From an uncultured Gammaproteobacteria bacterium (GTDB taxonomy: Bacteria; Patescibacteriota; Microgenomatia; Levybacterales; GWA1-39-11): a stretch of 64,000 nt of DNA. The position numbers were made by a program, and so were the translations under genes. Shown here piece by piece: positions 1 through 8,913 of the stretch. Position 1 is the first letter of the stretch. Every line of letters starts with the position of its first letter. The notes below the pieces were generated by a model. It worked only from the letters and a program-made list of their open reading frames with translations, was not told the DNA's origin and did not search any database. The stretch lies in contig CAYPEN010000002.1 of NCBI GenBank assembly GCA_964409875.1, positions 274,630-338,629 on the forward strand, written 5' to 3'.

Positions 1-1
1 T

Positions 2-862
2 GTAAGCGCCAATGACCTTACTCCTATTGAGCATGCAAAAGTGCAAGCCGTGGCGCAGGATTATATCGACTCGTCAATTTCAAAGACGGTAAATGCCCCC
101 AACACCCACACAATTGATGACGTAAAGACACTCTATATGATGGCATATGACATGGGGCTTAAAGGGATTACGTACATGCGGGATGGGTCGCGTCAGGGAG
201 TTTTGGAGAGGGTGGATGAGAAGAAAAAGGAAGAAGAGGTAAAAATCGCGCAAGCAATGCCGATAAGAAAAAGGCCAACGAGTCTTACCGGTACGACACA
301 TGAAACCCAAACGCCTTTGGGAAACACGTTTATCACGATAAATACGGATAGCCAGAACAATCCTTTTGAGATTTTCATTAACTCTGGAAAGTCGGGCTCA
401 GATGTTATGGCGATGTCTGAGGCGTTGGGACGCATTATGTCGATGGTTTTGAGGATGCAGTCTCCTGTTGAGCCACGGGAGAGGATTCGGGAGATGATTG
501 ACCAGCTGACCGGTATCGGCGGCGGACGTTCGGTCGGATTTGGGCCAAATAGAGTGCGTTCTTTGCCCGATGCTGTGGCAAAAGTTTTGGCGGAGCATTT
601 TGAATTTAGGGTGAATGGGCACGTTGCTGACAAAAATCCGATAAAGCCGGTTCTTGTAGATGCTATAAAACAAGAAGAGGTAACTCCTCAAGTGCAGACA
701 GAACAGGTTAGCGTTGCAACACAAAGCCCGTTGCCCATGATGGCCGCTGCCGGACCCGCGTCTCATGCAAATGCCGATTTATGTCCACAATGCGGAGCCG
801 CTGCCTTCGTACACGAAGAAGGCTGTGCCAAATGCTACGCCTGCGGCCACGCGGAGTGTTAG
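2..862 (+). CDS. nrdJ: Class II (adenosylcobalamin-dependent) ribonucleotide reductase, C-terminal part (5'-truncated by window)
   Basis: IDSSISKTVN and KGITYMRDGSR motifs, TSCPD-like domain (SLPDAVA), terminal Cys cluster CPQCG..EEGCAKCYACGHAEC; frame open from base 2. Confidence 0.93.
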   Translation, partial: VSANDLTPIEHAKVQAVAQDYIDSSISKTVNAPNTHTIDDVKTLYMMAYDMGLKGITYMRDGSRQGVLERVDEKKKEEEVKIAQAMPIRKRPTSLTGTTHETQTPLGNTFITINTDSQNNPFEIFINSGKSGSDVMAMSEALGRIMSMVLRMQSPVEPRERIREMIDQLTGIGGGRSVGFGPNRVRSLPDAVAKVLAEHFEFRVNGHVADKNPIKPVLVDAIKQEEVTPQVQTEQVSVATQSPLPMMAAAGPASHANADLCPQCGAAAFVHEEGCAKCYACGHAEC

Positions 863-1005
863 CTGTGTGGGAGCCAGGCGCAAGGTTTCCTTATGCTTGT
901 GGTCATGCAGAATGCTGACCACAAGTGAGTGATGCCTGCGGCCATGCTGAATGCTAATTCAGCTGGACGAGGGTGAGTGATGCTTGTGGCCACGCGGAGT
1001 GTTAA
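836..1005 (+). repeat. Four copies of the nrdJ 3' end (xACGHAEC-stop), synonymously recoded and interspaced by fold-back arms
   Basis: Copies at 836-862 (gene), 892-918, 931-957 and 979-1005, read directly from the sequence. Confidence 0.92.
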
Positions 1006-1021
1006 TTTGACAACTGAATTT

Positions 1022-1110
1022 TAGGAAATCACGGTGACCCGCCTAGACTCGACGTCTAGTCGAGGCTGGAATTCCGTGGCTGTGCCGCAACTGTATAGTC
1101 AGAAAACGAA
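1022..1110 (+). promoter_or_regulatory. Cobalamin riboswitch-like element upstream of pduO
   Basis: AGGAAATCACGGTG...GAATTCCGTGGCTGTGCCGCAACTGTA..AGTCAGAA resembles the B12 riboswitch core; flanked by B12 genes; boundaries approximate. Confidence 0.75.
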
Positions 1111-1151
1111 TACTCCCGAGCAGGAAAAAAAATTACAGACATAATTTTTGT

Positions 1152-1180
1152 AAAACCTCCTTCTCGCAGGAGGTTTTTTT
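1152..1180 (+). terminator. Intrinsic terminator, likely the riboswitch expression platform
   Basis: AAAACCTCCT / AGGAGGTTTT stem followed by a T run, 11 nt before the pduO ATG. Confidence 0.8.
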
Positions 1181-1191
1181 GTAGGAAAAAT

Positions 1192-1746
1192 ATGAGCATA
1201 TACACAAGAAAAGGCGATAAAGGGAGCACTTCTTTAGGAAGCGGTGTACGCGTGTCAAAGGACGACGTACGGGTCGAGGCCTATGGAACTGTGGATGAGT
1301 TGAATGCAGTTCTTGGCGTCGCAGGTTCGGAGCTCGTGCACATAAAAGAGGGATACTCCAAGTATTTATTGGAAATTATCCATCAGGTGCAAGACGATCT
1401 GTTTTGCATCGGCTCTTATTTGTCAAACCCGGCAAACGCAAATCTTGTCGAATTGTTGCCGCAACGGACAACTGTTTTTGAGAGATACATCGATGAAATG
1501 ACAGAAAAAATGCCCGAGCTTTCCAACTTTATACTTCCGGGAGGCGGAAAGGCAGGAGCATTCTTGCAGCTTGCAAGAACCGTAAGCAGGCGTGCTGAAA
1601 GAAGACTTGTTTCGCTTTTGAAAAAAGCAAAGATAAATGAGGGAGTGGTAATGTATATCAACCGGCTTTCCGACCTGCTTTTTACCATGAGCAGGTTCTC
1701 AAACCACAACGAAAAACAAAGCGAGACGATTTGGAAACGAAGATAG
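1192..1746 (+). CDS. pduO: Cob(I)alamin adenosyltransferase, PduO type
   Basis: IYTRKGDKGST, EAYGTVDELN, FILPGG, RTVSRRAER, YINRLSDLLF motifs. Confidence 0.95.
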   Translation: MSIYTRKGDKGSTSLGSGVRVSKDDVRVEAYGTVDELNAVLGVAGSELVHIKEGYSKYLLEIIHQVQDDLFCIGSYLSNPANANLVELLPQRTTVFERYIDEMTEKMPELSNFILPGGGKAGAFLQLARTVSRRAERRLVSLLKKAKINEGVVMYINRLSDLLFTMSRFSNHNEKQSETIWKRR

Positions 1747-1749
1747 CCA

Positions 1750-1830
1750 TGGGTGAAGTGGGGTGGAAGTCCCTCTCTGTGCCGCAACTGTGAATCCTGA
1801 GCTCGTCGAAGGATAAGTCAGAACCCCGGA
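1750..1830 (+). promoter_or_regulatory. Second cobalamin riboswitch-like element
   Basis: GGTGGAAGTCCC..CTGTGCCGCAACTGTGA..AAGTCAGAA; 15-nt core identical to 1080-1094; boundaries approximate. Confidence 0.65.
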
Positions 1831-1852
1831 AGTCTTTTCGAGCAAAAAGCAT

Positions 1853-2926
1853 ATGTTAGCAGAAGCATACAATCAAATCCCCCTTCGGACATACGACATT
1901 TCTTTTGACAGCGAGCGTGCACTTGAAGCGGAGAATTTAGAACAATTCACTTCGTATATTGCTACTCAAATGGAAACCCATCTGGGGGAGCGGTTCAATG
2001 TAAGTCTTAGCCGTTACGAATATGACGTAAAAGACGGAAAATTATGGGGGAAAGATATGGGGGGACCATTTCTTAATAGTCTTAAAAAAGGCCGTGATTA
2101 CCGCCTGGTGCATGGGAGTATCGTAGATAGGGAAAGGGAAAGTGCCGAGGTTGAGGGGTTTGAGAAAATAGAAGCGCTTCTTGCCGATGATGATACTCCA
2201 GATGGCACGATGATGCTCTCAATTTCTCCGCCCGGACTTGAGGGGTCGGTCTATACGCATAATTTCTACGATGTATTTGTTGCAAGGAGAAGGGAAGACG
2301 GAGTGAGGTACGTTGAAGCCAGGCGTTATGCTTCCTCTCTTGTCCCCGATCAATATCGGGAAAAAGTAAGTGCATTTGCGTCAATTGAGATTGATGAGAC
2401 CGATGTCTCCGCATCATTTCTAAGGTCGCCTATTCCAATTCAGAATACACTTACTCCTGACGACTTGCATCATTACATGCATAAAGAGCACGATTTTATG
2501 GATGAGGCCGAATTCGAGCGGGTAAAAGCGAGTTGCAACGTTCTAATAACAGCCTATGCACAAGCAGTGCGGGAACAACCCAAAAACGATGTGCTTCACC
2601 GAATACTTTTCAATGCGGTTCTCAATAAAGCGGATGATATTGCTTTCAATAAGGAAAAAATAAATGTAGTGCGGTCGGTACGGGATGAAGTTGAATTATA
2701 TGCTTTTCAGCCGGTTCGGGAGGTTATGACCGGATGCGGCGCTTCGGGCGGGTATGAGATAGGAGTAGAAACGATGAATGCACCTTTTAGTGTATCAACA
2801 TATATTCCCGACAAATATGGGGAACGTACATTCAATTGCCCGTCGTGTAAAAAGGAAAACATCCGGCCATACAACAAGCTTTTACCGCAATGCCTTCATT
2901 GTGGAAGCGACAAAGTAGCGTGTTAA
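1853..2926 (+). CDS. Hypothetical protein with C-terminal zinc ribbon
   Basis: 357 aa ORF ending CPSC...CLHC; GCGASGG motif. Confidence 0.8.
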   Translation: MLAEAYNQIPLRTYDISFDSERALEAENLEQFTSYIATQMETHLGERFNVSLSRYEYDVKDGKLWGKDMGGPFLNSLKKGRDYRLVHGSIVDRERESAEVEGFEKIEALLADDDTPDGTMMLSISPPGLEGSVYTHNFYDVFVARRREDGVRYVEARRYASSLVPDQYREKVSAFASIEIDETDVSASFLRSPIPIQNTLTPDDLHHYMHKEHDFMDEAEFERVKASCNVLITAYAQAVREQPKNDVLHRILFNAVLNKADDIAFNKEKINVVRSVRDEVELYAFQPVREVMTGCGASGGYEIGVETMNAPFSVSTYIPDKYGERTFNCPSCKKENIRPYNKLLPQCLHCGSDKVAC

Positions 2927-2947
2927 TTTTTTGTATACAATTGATAT

Positions 2948-3655
2948 ATGTTCGATTTTTTTGCCCAACTTTTGTACCCAAAAAGATGTGTGAAATGCAA
3001 AAAAGCGGGGGACTATATTTGCGACACGTGTTTTACGGGAATTGCTTTTTTGGAGAACCAGTTGTGTGGAGTTTGTCAGAAAGGTTCAATTGACGGGCTA
3101 ACCCATCCAAAATGCCGGAGTAAATTTGGTATCGATGGGATAATGTCCGCAATTTCTTATAAGGGAATTGTCAAAAGATTATTGTATCAATTTAAGTATC
3201 CTCCGTATCTTTCCGATTTGAAGGGGATTTTGGGAAGGCTTTTCTATGAGGCGATAGTGCAACAAGAGGTATTCGTAACGTACATATCAGAGAAATATAC
3301 GCTTATTATCCCTGTGCCGCTACATCCTGCACGCTTACGAAAACGGGGGTATAATCAGGCAGAACTTTTAGGAAGAGAGCTGTCAATGCGTTTAAAAATT
3401 CAGCTCGTTGATAATGTTTTAATAAGAACAAAGCAGACAAAACCTCAATTTGAGCTCAAAAAAGAGGAGAGGATTAAAAACATTTTGGGTGCTTTTCAAA
3501 TTTCCACGAAGTTTACAACAAAAATAAAAGGGAAAAATATAGTCCTTGTTGATGACATTACAACAACCGGCGCGACACTCCGGGAGTGTGCAAAAATATT
3601 GAAAAAGAGTGGTGCGGAAAAAGTATTGGGTGTTACCCTAGCACACGAAGCTTAG
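2948..3655 (+). CDS. comF: ComF family protein (double zinc ribbon + phosphoribosyltransferase)
   Basis: CxxC pairs, PVPLH, RGYNQA, LVDDITTTGATL. Confidence 0.93.
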   Translation: MFDFFAQLLYPKRCVKCKKAGDYICDTCFTGIAFLENQLCGVCQKGSIDGLTHPKCRSKFGIDGIMSAISYKGIVKRLLYQFKYPPYLSDLKGILGRLFYEAIVQQEVFVTYISEKYTLIIPVPLHPARLRKRGYNQAELLGRELSMRLKIQLVDNVLIRTKQTKPQFELKKEERIKNILGAFQISTKFTTKIKGKNIVLVDDITTTGATLRECAKILKKSGAEKVLGVTLAHEA

Positions 3656-3677
3656 CTTCAAATAGTAAGCCTATAGC

Positions 3678-3706
3678 TTGATATTACTGCAATATTTTGG
3701 TAAAAT
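3678..3706 (+). promoter_or_regulatory. Sigma70-type promoter of ssrA
   Basis: TTGATA-17 bp-TAAAAT, 9 nt before the tmRNA 5' end. Confidence 0.7.
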
Positions 3707-3715
3707 ATACGTCCT

Positions 3716-4104
3716 GGGGATGAATTGAATCGACAGGAACTGTACTTTAAAAACTGCAAGCCGGCAATGACTCAAAGCCGTAAAAAAGGGTCAAAAATAC
3801 ATGCTAACAATACTGTTAGCGGTATAAAGCGGTTCTTCGCGGATCGCATTCCGGATGTAAATCCGGGATTAGGTTACGCGGCATTCGCCTAATACCTGTT
3901 TGCTTCCATTCCGCCTCAAGCTCGGGGAAGCAGGCATCAACCAGCTTGAAAACTTAACGGGGCTGACCGAACCGTTTCGCAAAAGGTCTTAGCTGTTTCA
4001 TTCTGCGTTTGGGAGGTCAGAAACGGCAAAATATATCTCAAACTACGCTTGTAGATGTTTTTGAATATGGTTTTTGGACGCCGGTTCGTTACCGGCCATC
4101 TCCA
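3716..4104 (+). ncRNA. ssrA: tmRNA
   Basis: 5' GGGGATGAA..TCGAC; 3' T arm GCCGG-TTCGTTA-CCGGC and CATCTCCA with G3-U wobble; tag frame 3803-3892 ANNTVSGIKRFFADRIPDVNPGLGYAAFA*; smpB nearby. Confidence 0.93.
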
Positions 4105-5605
4105 CACCAGTGTTTTTTGAAGTTGCTAAATTACCGATTAGCTTGACAGGATAGGCCAAACTTGCGGTTCCAAAGCCATTCTTGTAGTCATATTCAACTT
4201 TTCCGTTAAAATAAGCGTATAGAACAGCTTTCTTATCGTTCACATTTTCACTTTGCCACATATCAATAGGATTTTTTAGCAGTGAAAATAGTTTTTCCGT
4301 AGCGGTTCCAAATCTTTCGTCATTGTAGGGGTTGGATATTAACTCCATATCAATAGACCTAATCTCTTGAGAGTATTTTTCAATTTCGTTTTCATAAACC
4401 TTAATTAAATCTTCACTTGAGGCTTTAGTTATTCGTTCAAGTAGACTTGAAACTTTTGCTTCTAATTCAACTTTTCTATTTAAGTAAAGTTGTCTAATCT
4501 CCTCGTAGCTATTTTTCTTTAAGTTCCATGCTTCTGTTAACACTAATTTTGCAACGTCTAAAATCGTGTTATCTAACCTAACCTTGTATAATAATGCTTC
4601 GAATTGGTCCTCCATGCTTTTCCTTCCTATAACCTTATACTTGTACTTGCAATACTTATTGATACAGAAATAATTGGGATATCTACGACCATGACGACCA
4701 GTGTTCCAAGATGCTGTAAGAGGCTTATTGCACGAAACACAGATAATATGAGTTCGTAATGGAAAATCACTTGAATAGTCGTGTCTTGTCCATTTTTTCC
4801 CTTTTGACCTTATTCTTTGTTGGACTTTTTCGTAGGTTTCAATTGTTATAATGCCTTCATGATGACCTTTTCGCCTCTCTACACTCCATTTAGGGTACTC
4901 CACGTAGCCTGTATATAGTATTTGCCTAAGTATTCGCTGGGTACCGCTTAATGAAAGTTTTTTAGTTATACCATGCTCTTTATATTTGTTGAGAATAAAT
5001 CTCTGAACATCTTCCTGAGTGTTCAGAATACCCACGGCGTAATTTTCTAATGCAGTTTTAATGATAGAAGCGTATGGTTCGACGGGTTTTAATAGCTTCC
5101 CGTGGATAGGGTCTTTAACAGCTGAGAGGCCCAGGGGTGGAAAAAAGGCCCAGTAGCCCTTCTCTAATCGTGCTTTTTGCTTCTGAATAACCTGTCTTCT
5201 ATTGGATTTACGTTGATACTGATTGCTAACGGCTAACATTAGCTCAGCCATTTCGCTCTCATCACTTTCTTCAAAGTTGAAGTTCAAACATTCTAGTCTT
5301 ACCCCTCTAGAGGAAAACTCCGCCCTAAGTTGGATATGAACTTTAACGTCTCTTGCAAACCGTGATAAATCATCAAATATTATTACGTATTCTTCTAATG
5401 TATGGTTATCGATATATTGGATAAGTTGCTTCATGGCAGGCCTTTCAAATAAACCACCGCTTATACCGTCATCAGGAAATACTGCTTCTACGGGATAACC
5501 TTTTTGGACTGCATGAACCCTGCATCTTTGCTCTTGGGAGCTCAAACCATTACCTTCCTTAACCTGCCTCTGACTAGAAACCCTACAATAGATAAGTGCC
5601 TTCAT
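4043..5605 (-). CDS. Large serine recombinase (resolvase + recombinase + zinc ribbon + coiled coil)
   Basis: IYCRVSS catalytic motif, DDGISG, DDLSRFAR, CxxC..YFC; C-terminus VEMAGNEPAS runs antisense into the tmRNA 3' end. Confidence 0.93.
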   Translation of the reverse strand: MKALIYCRVSSQRQVKEGNGLSSQEQRCRVHAVQKGYPVEAVFPDDGISGGLFERPAMKQLIQYIDNHTLEEYVIIFDDLSRFARDVKVHIQLRAEFSSRGVRLECLNFNFEESDESEMAELMLAVSNQYQRKSNRRQVIQKQKARLEKGYWAFFPPLGLSAVKDPIHGKLLKPVEPYASIIKTALENYAVGILNTQEDVQRFILNKYKEHGITKKLSLSGTQRILRQILYTGYVEYPKWSVERRKGHHEGIITIETYEKVQQRIRSKGKKWTRHDYSSDFPLRTHIICVSCNKPLTASWNTGRHGRRYPNYFCINKYCKYKYKVIGRKSMEDQFEALLYKVRLDNTILDVAKLVLTEAWNLKKNSYEEIRQLYLNRKVELEAKVSSLLERITKASSEDLIKVYENEIEKYSQEIRSIDMELISNPYNDERFGTATEKLFSLLKNPIDMWQSENVNDKKAVLYAYFNGKVEYDYKNGFGTASLAYPVKLIGNLATSKNTGVEMAGNEPASKNHIQKHLQA

Positions 5606-5772
5606 GTATTTTGTTTATGTACCTCTGAGTCAATTATATTATTACAAAGCAACCGAAGAGAAAAAAGAAGGTTTTCAATGTCAGTATCAGGCATTTTTTC
5701 TGCCCTGGTACAGAGCGCTTTTCTGACTTCTTGTACAGTGAGTCGTTTTGCGTTACTTTTTTCAGCCACCAT
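5602..5772 (-). CDS. Small 56-aa protein translationally coupled to the recombinase (not in ORF track)
   Basis: MVAEKSNAKRLTVQEVRKALCTRAEKMPDTDIENLLFSLRLLCNNIIDSEVHKQNT*; its TGA overlaps the recombinase ATG (ATGA). Confidence 0.7.
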   Translation of the reverse strand: MVAEKSNAKRLTVQEVRKALCTRAEKMPDTDIENLLFSLRLLCNNIIDSEVHKQNT

Positions 5773-6038
5773 AAACTAGGTACTGAAGTAACGCCGCGTC
5801 AAGTTTGGCTTATTCCTTGTGGAATCCGATACTTACTTACAGGAGTATATTAATATATCTAACCTCAAATATCAAGCCTGTGATTGTTAAAACGTGCCGT
5901 TTTTGAATAAACTTTAATCTTACTTTTTGTAAGAATTGTTAATATTTCTTGAGGCTAATGATTATGTTTATAGTGAGATGTGGTTTAATCTTCAGTATGA
6001 TTACCTCAAAGTAGGAACCCTGGCTACCCCCAAATCGT

Positions 6039-7070
6039 TTACGCAAGGGTCAATAGAAGTTGAATCAATACGAGGAAACAAGCGATAAAAACGACTAGCC
6101 ATAAATCAGCCTGAAAGACTTCTTTTCTTTTAATGCTATTAACAAAACTCCAAATACTTGAGGCCATAAGAATTAGACCCAATAGCACTAAAACCACAAA
6201 TAATATAATGCTCCACATGTGGGAAAATACAACTTTTTTTACACTGAAATCTTGCTGAGAGTTTTCCTCTACCTTTTTTGAGGCTGCAATTAATTGAATT
6301 GCTTGCTGATTTGAATTGTTTAATAACGATGAAAGTCTACTATCGTTTGGTCGCTCTTTTGCAGCTTCTTTATACCATTCGGTATCAGTTGACGTTTTGC
6401 CTGCATAAATTCTAGCCCGAATCATCTGGTCATTTAATTGGTTTCTGTATTCTGGAAAGGCGTTCATAAAAGCGTTATTTCTTAGCGAGAGTAGAATAGC
6501 TTCTGATTGCCGAGATATATTCAATTGTTTTTGATGCATGTCTATTACATCTTGGAATAACCTATTGTTTTTAATGATTGAAGTGTCAATTCTATCCTTT
6601 AAGGCATCAATTGTTTTCTCGTTACTTCCTAACTTCTCAAAATTCTTAAGAAATAATTTCGATAAGTCTGACTGAGATAAGATACTTTGGTTAATAACAA
6701 AGACAATAACAACATAAAGCACACTTACGAATAGTGTCAATAATTTAAGTAACTTTAAGATAAAAGTGCTTTCTTTTTTAGCTGGTTGTTCTATTAATTG
6801 CTGTTCCAAATACACGATGTACACTATGAAGGAAATTAGAGGTACTATAATTGCAAAGATTTGCCATAAACGTGAGTGCTTTGATGGGTGTTTTTTTAGA
6901 GAATAAGTAATTGCAAACCAACTTAAACCCCCCGCTAATATCGAAGCTAAAATTTCATTTTTAATAATACAAACAGACGCTATTATTAAAATTAGCCATA
7001 TAATACGGCCGCTTCTCTTATTTATAAATTGTTCAAATAACTTCATATACGTTAACGAGATATTTCTCAA
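6039..7070 (-). CDS. Hypothetical multi-pass membrane protein with central helical region
   Basis: 343 aa ORF with about 6 hydrophobic segments. Confidence 0.7.
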   Translation of the reverse strand: MRNISLTYMKLFEQFINKRSGRIIWLILIIASVCIIKNEILASILAGGLSWFAITYSLKKHPSKHSRLWQIFAIIVPLISFIVYIVYLEQQLIEQPAKKESTFILKLLKLLTLFVSVLYVVIVFVINQSILSQSDLSKLFLKNFEKLGSNEKTIDALKDRIDTSIIKNNRLFQDVIDMHQKQLNISRQSEAILLSLRNNAFMNAFPEYRNQLNDQMIRARIYAGKTSTDTEWYKEAAKERPNDSRLSSLLNNSNQQAIQLIAASKKVEENSQQDFSVKKVVFSHMWSIILFVVLVLLGLILMASSIWSFVNSIKRKEVFQADLWLVVFIACFLVLIQLLLTLA

Positions 7071-7245
7071 TAATACTTCCAGCCTAGATCAAACGCAAGG
7101 CTATGAGTCCAAATAAATGCTCTTTTAGGCTAGTGGATTGAGCACAATTGGCTTTCAATAATTACCGTATATTACCACCCATAAATACATGTACGAACAC
7201 CAAATTTTTTCAGGTATAATCTAGCAGTCAGAATATAGAAATTCT

Positions 7246-8076
7246 ATGCATAAAACAACACAAAAACGAGTTGATGAGTTGCTTAAAAAGATAAATAGCC
7301 AGCCACCTTCACCAGTCATTACAGGAATATACAAATATCAAGAGGAACACATTACATGGCTAACAAAAAATTACTGGGGATTCACAAAATATTTTGAGGA
7401 AAGTTATGATTTTTTTGTTAATTTAGTAAGTTCGGTTAACTTTATCAATAAAGACAAGTGGAAATGGAATTTGAAATTACCTTATATTTATCTTGGAAAT
7501 TCAACTTATCCATTGTTTAAGTCGTTCACCTTATTGTCCGAAGGATTTTATGATGAGTCGCTTGCACTTTCAAGAGTATCTTATGAGCTCTTAATTAAAT
7601 CGCTGTTTTGCATTCTACATCCAGATGATGCATTTGCAACTTACCAAAAGCCAGAAAAAGGGAAACTAGTATATAACTTAACAAATTTTGTTAAGGATGA
7701 TCTGAAAGTCGATTGGGAATTTCTTTATCGTTTATCATCAGCATCATCTCATGGAAAGCTATATTTTACTAAAATTATAAGTGATAGTAGGGAAAAAGGT
7801 AAACATCAAAACATAGGGTTACAACTAAGGCTTGATGAAAAATCAGCTCAAATTAATATGAACTATCTAACTTTCTTGATTTGGACTCATATTTATTTAT
7901 TCACTGTAATATTTGATGACATTGTTCCTACTAGAAAAATAAATAGTGCTGTTAAAAAAGAGGCGAATGACTACATTAAAATACTAGGGAATATTGTTAA
8001 AGGAACTCCAAATAGTTTTTCTGGAGTCGGAATCGATTTTGAAAGGATTATCAAGAAAGTTAAAGTACAAAAATGA
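7246..8076 (+). CDS. Hypothetical helical protein, DUF5677/HEPN-like
   Basis: GFYDESLALSRVSYE and YRLSSASSH patterns. Confidence 0.55.
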   Translation: MHKTTQKRVDELLKKINSQPPSPVITGIYKYQEEHITWLTKNYWGFTKYFEESYDFFVNLVSSVNFINKDKWKWNLKLPYIYLGNSTYPLFKSFTLLSEGFYDESLALSRVSYELLIKSLFCILHPDDAFATYQKPEKGKLVYNLTNFVKDDLKVDWEFLYRLSSASSHGKLYFTKIISDSREKGKHQNIGLQLRLDEKSAQINMNYLTFLIWTHIYLFTVIFDDIVPTRKINSAVKKEANDYIKILGNIVKGTPNSFSGVGIDFERIIKKVKVQK

Positions 8077-8158
8077 ACCGTTGCATCAAATCCGTTCCAA
8101 TAGTATCTTTCTATAAAGTCTTGATAAAAGTGAACGCGATGTTAAAAAGTCTTTTTAA

Positions 8159-8578
8159 TTATGCTGGAATTGAAAATGAGATGGAATCTTTTTTTATCAA
8201 CTGAGACAATAATTCTGCTTTTAACACTTCCGATAATAAAATAGCATCTTCTTTGTGCCTATTCTTCAAATAAATTGTATTATCCTTATTGTTAAACAGA
8301 TCTTTGAATCTTTTAAACTTAACATCGTGCGTCGTTAAATTGGTCTTATAATACTCGATGAATAACCCTCCCAGGTTTGAATCTTTATCTATATACATTG
8401 AGAATTCGTTGTTTAATGAAAATAAAGAAAATTCAGGGCTAATTTGTTTGGGCGAAAGACTGAGAGAATCCAAGTCAGCATCATAAGCAAAGTGCCAATT
8501 TTTATTTGTAGCAATAGTTTCTATTTCTGCTATCTGTGATTCTAATTTTTTTGTATTTACTTTTATGGACGTTTGCAT
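8159..8578 (-). CDS. DUF2283-like protein, putative antitoxin
   Basis: AYDADLDSLSL motif; overlaps the upstream small gene. Confidence 0.5.
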   Translation of the reverse strand: MQTSIKVNTKKLESQIAEIETIATNKNWHFAYDADLDSLSLSPKQISPEFSLFSLNNEFSMYIDKDSNLGGLFIEYYKTNLTTHDVKFKRFKDLFNNKDNTIYLKNRHKEDAILLSEVLKAELLSQLIKKDSISFSIPA

Positions 8579-8913
8579 GGTTCTTTAAAATACTTCTCTT
8601 CCTTAATGTTTGTAGGTCTAAAACCCGTGATTATGATATATTTGTCTTTCGTTTTTTGTACTACTACTTTAGTGTATCTCTTTATTCCTTCAATCTCAAA
8701 TTCGTAATAATAGTAACAAAATCTTTGACGGTTATCGTAGGCAGGATAAATGCAGAGCGGGTTGATTATAGCACTTTTCATCCGATCAAGAAAATTCGTT
8801 ATCAATAGTTCGGGATGAATACCCTTGTGTTTATCGTAGTTTTCTTTCGTAAATATATATCTTTTTCCATCGGAATCCTTAAAATCTAAGATAAGTTCAT
8901 CATCATTAATCAT
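8563..8913 (-). CDS. Small BECR/RelE-like (PBECR or DUF4258-like) putative ribonuclease toxin
   Basis: 116 aa; H..HPE, I.NP..IY, YYY, KVVV, IITGF pattern. Confidence 0.5.
   Translation of the reverse strand: MINDDELILDFKDSDGKRYIFTKENYDKHKGIHPELLITNFLDRMKSAIINPLCIYPAYDNRQRFCYYYYEFEIEGIKRYTKVVVQKTKDKYIIITGFRPTNIKEEKYFKEPCKRP

Noticed and set aside
863-1005. nrdJ copies as stop-codon readthrough extension or a DGR template repeat
   Set aside because: Copy 1 is out of frame with the gene and every copy has its own stop; differences are at wobble positions rather than adenine-specific, and no reverse transcriptase is present
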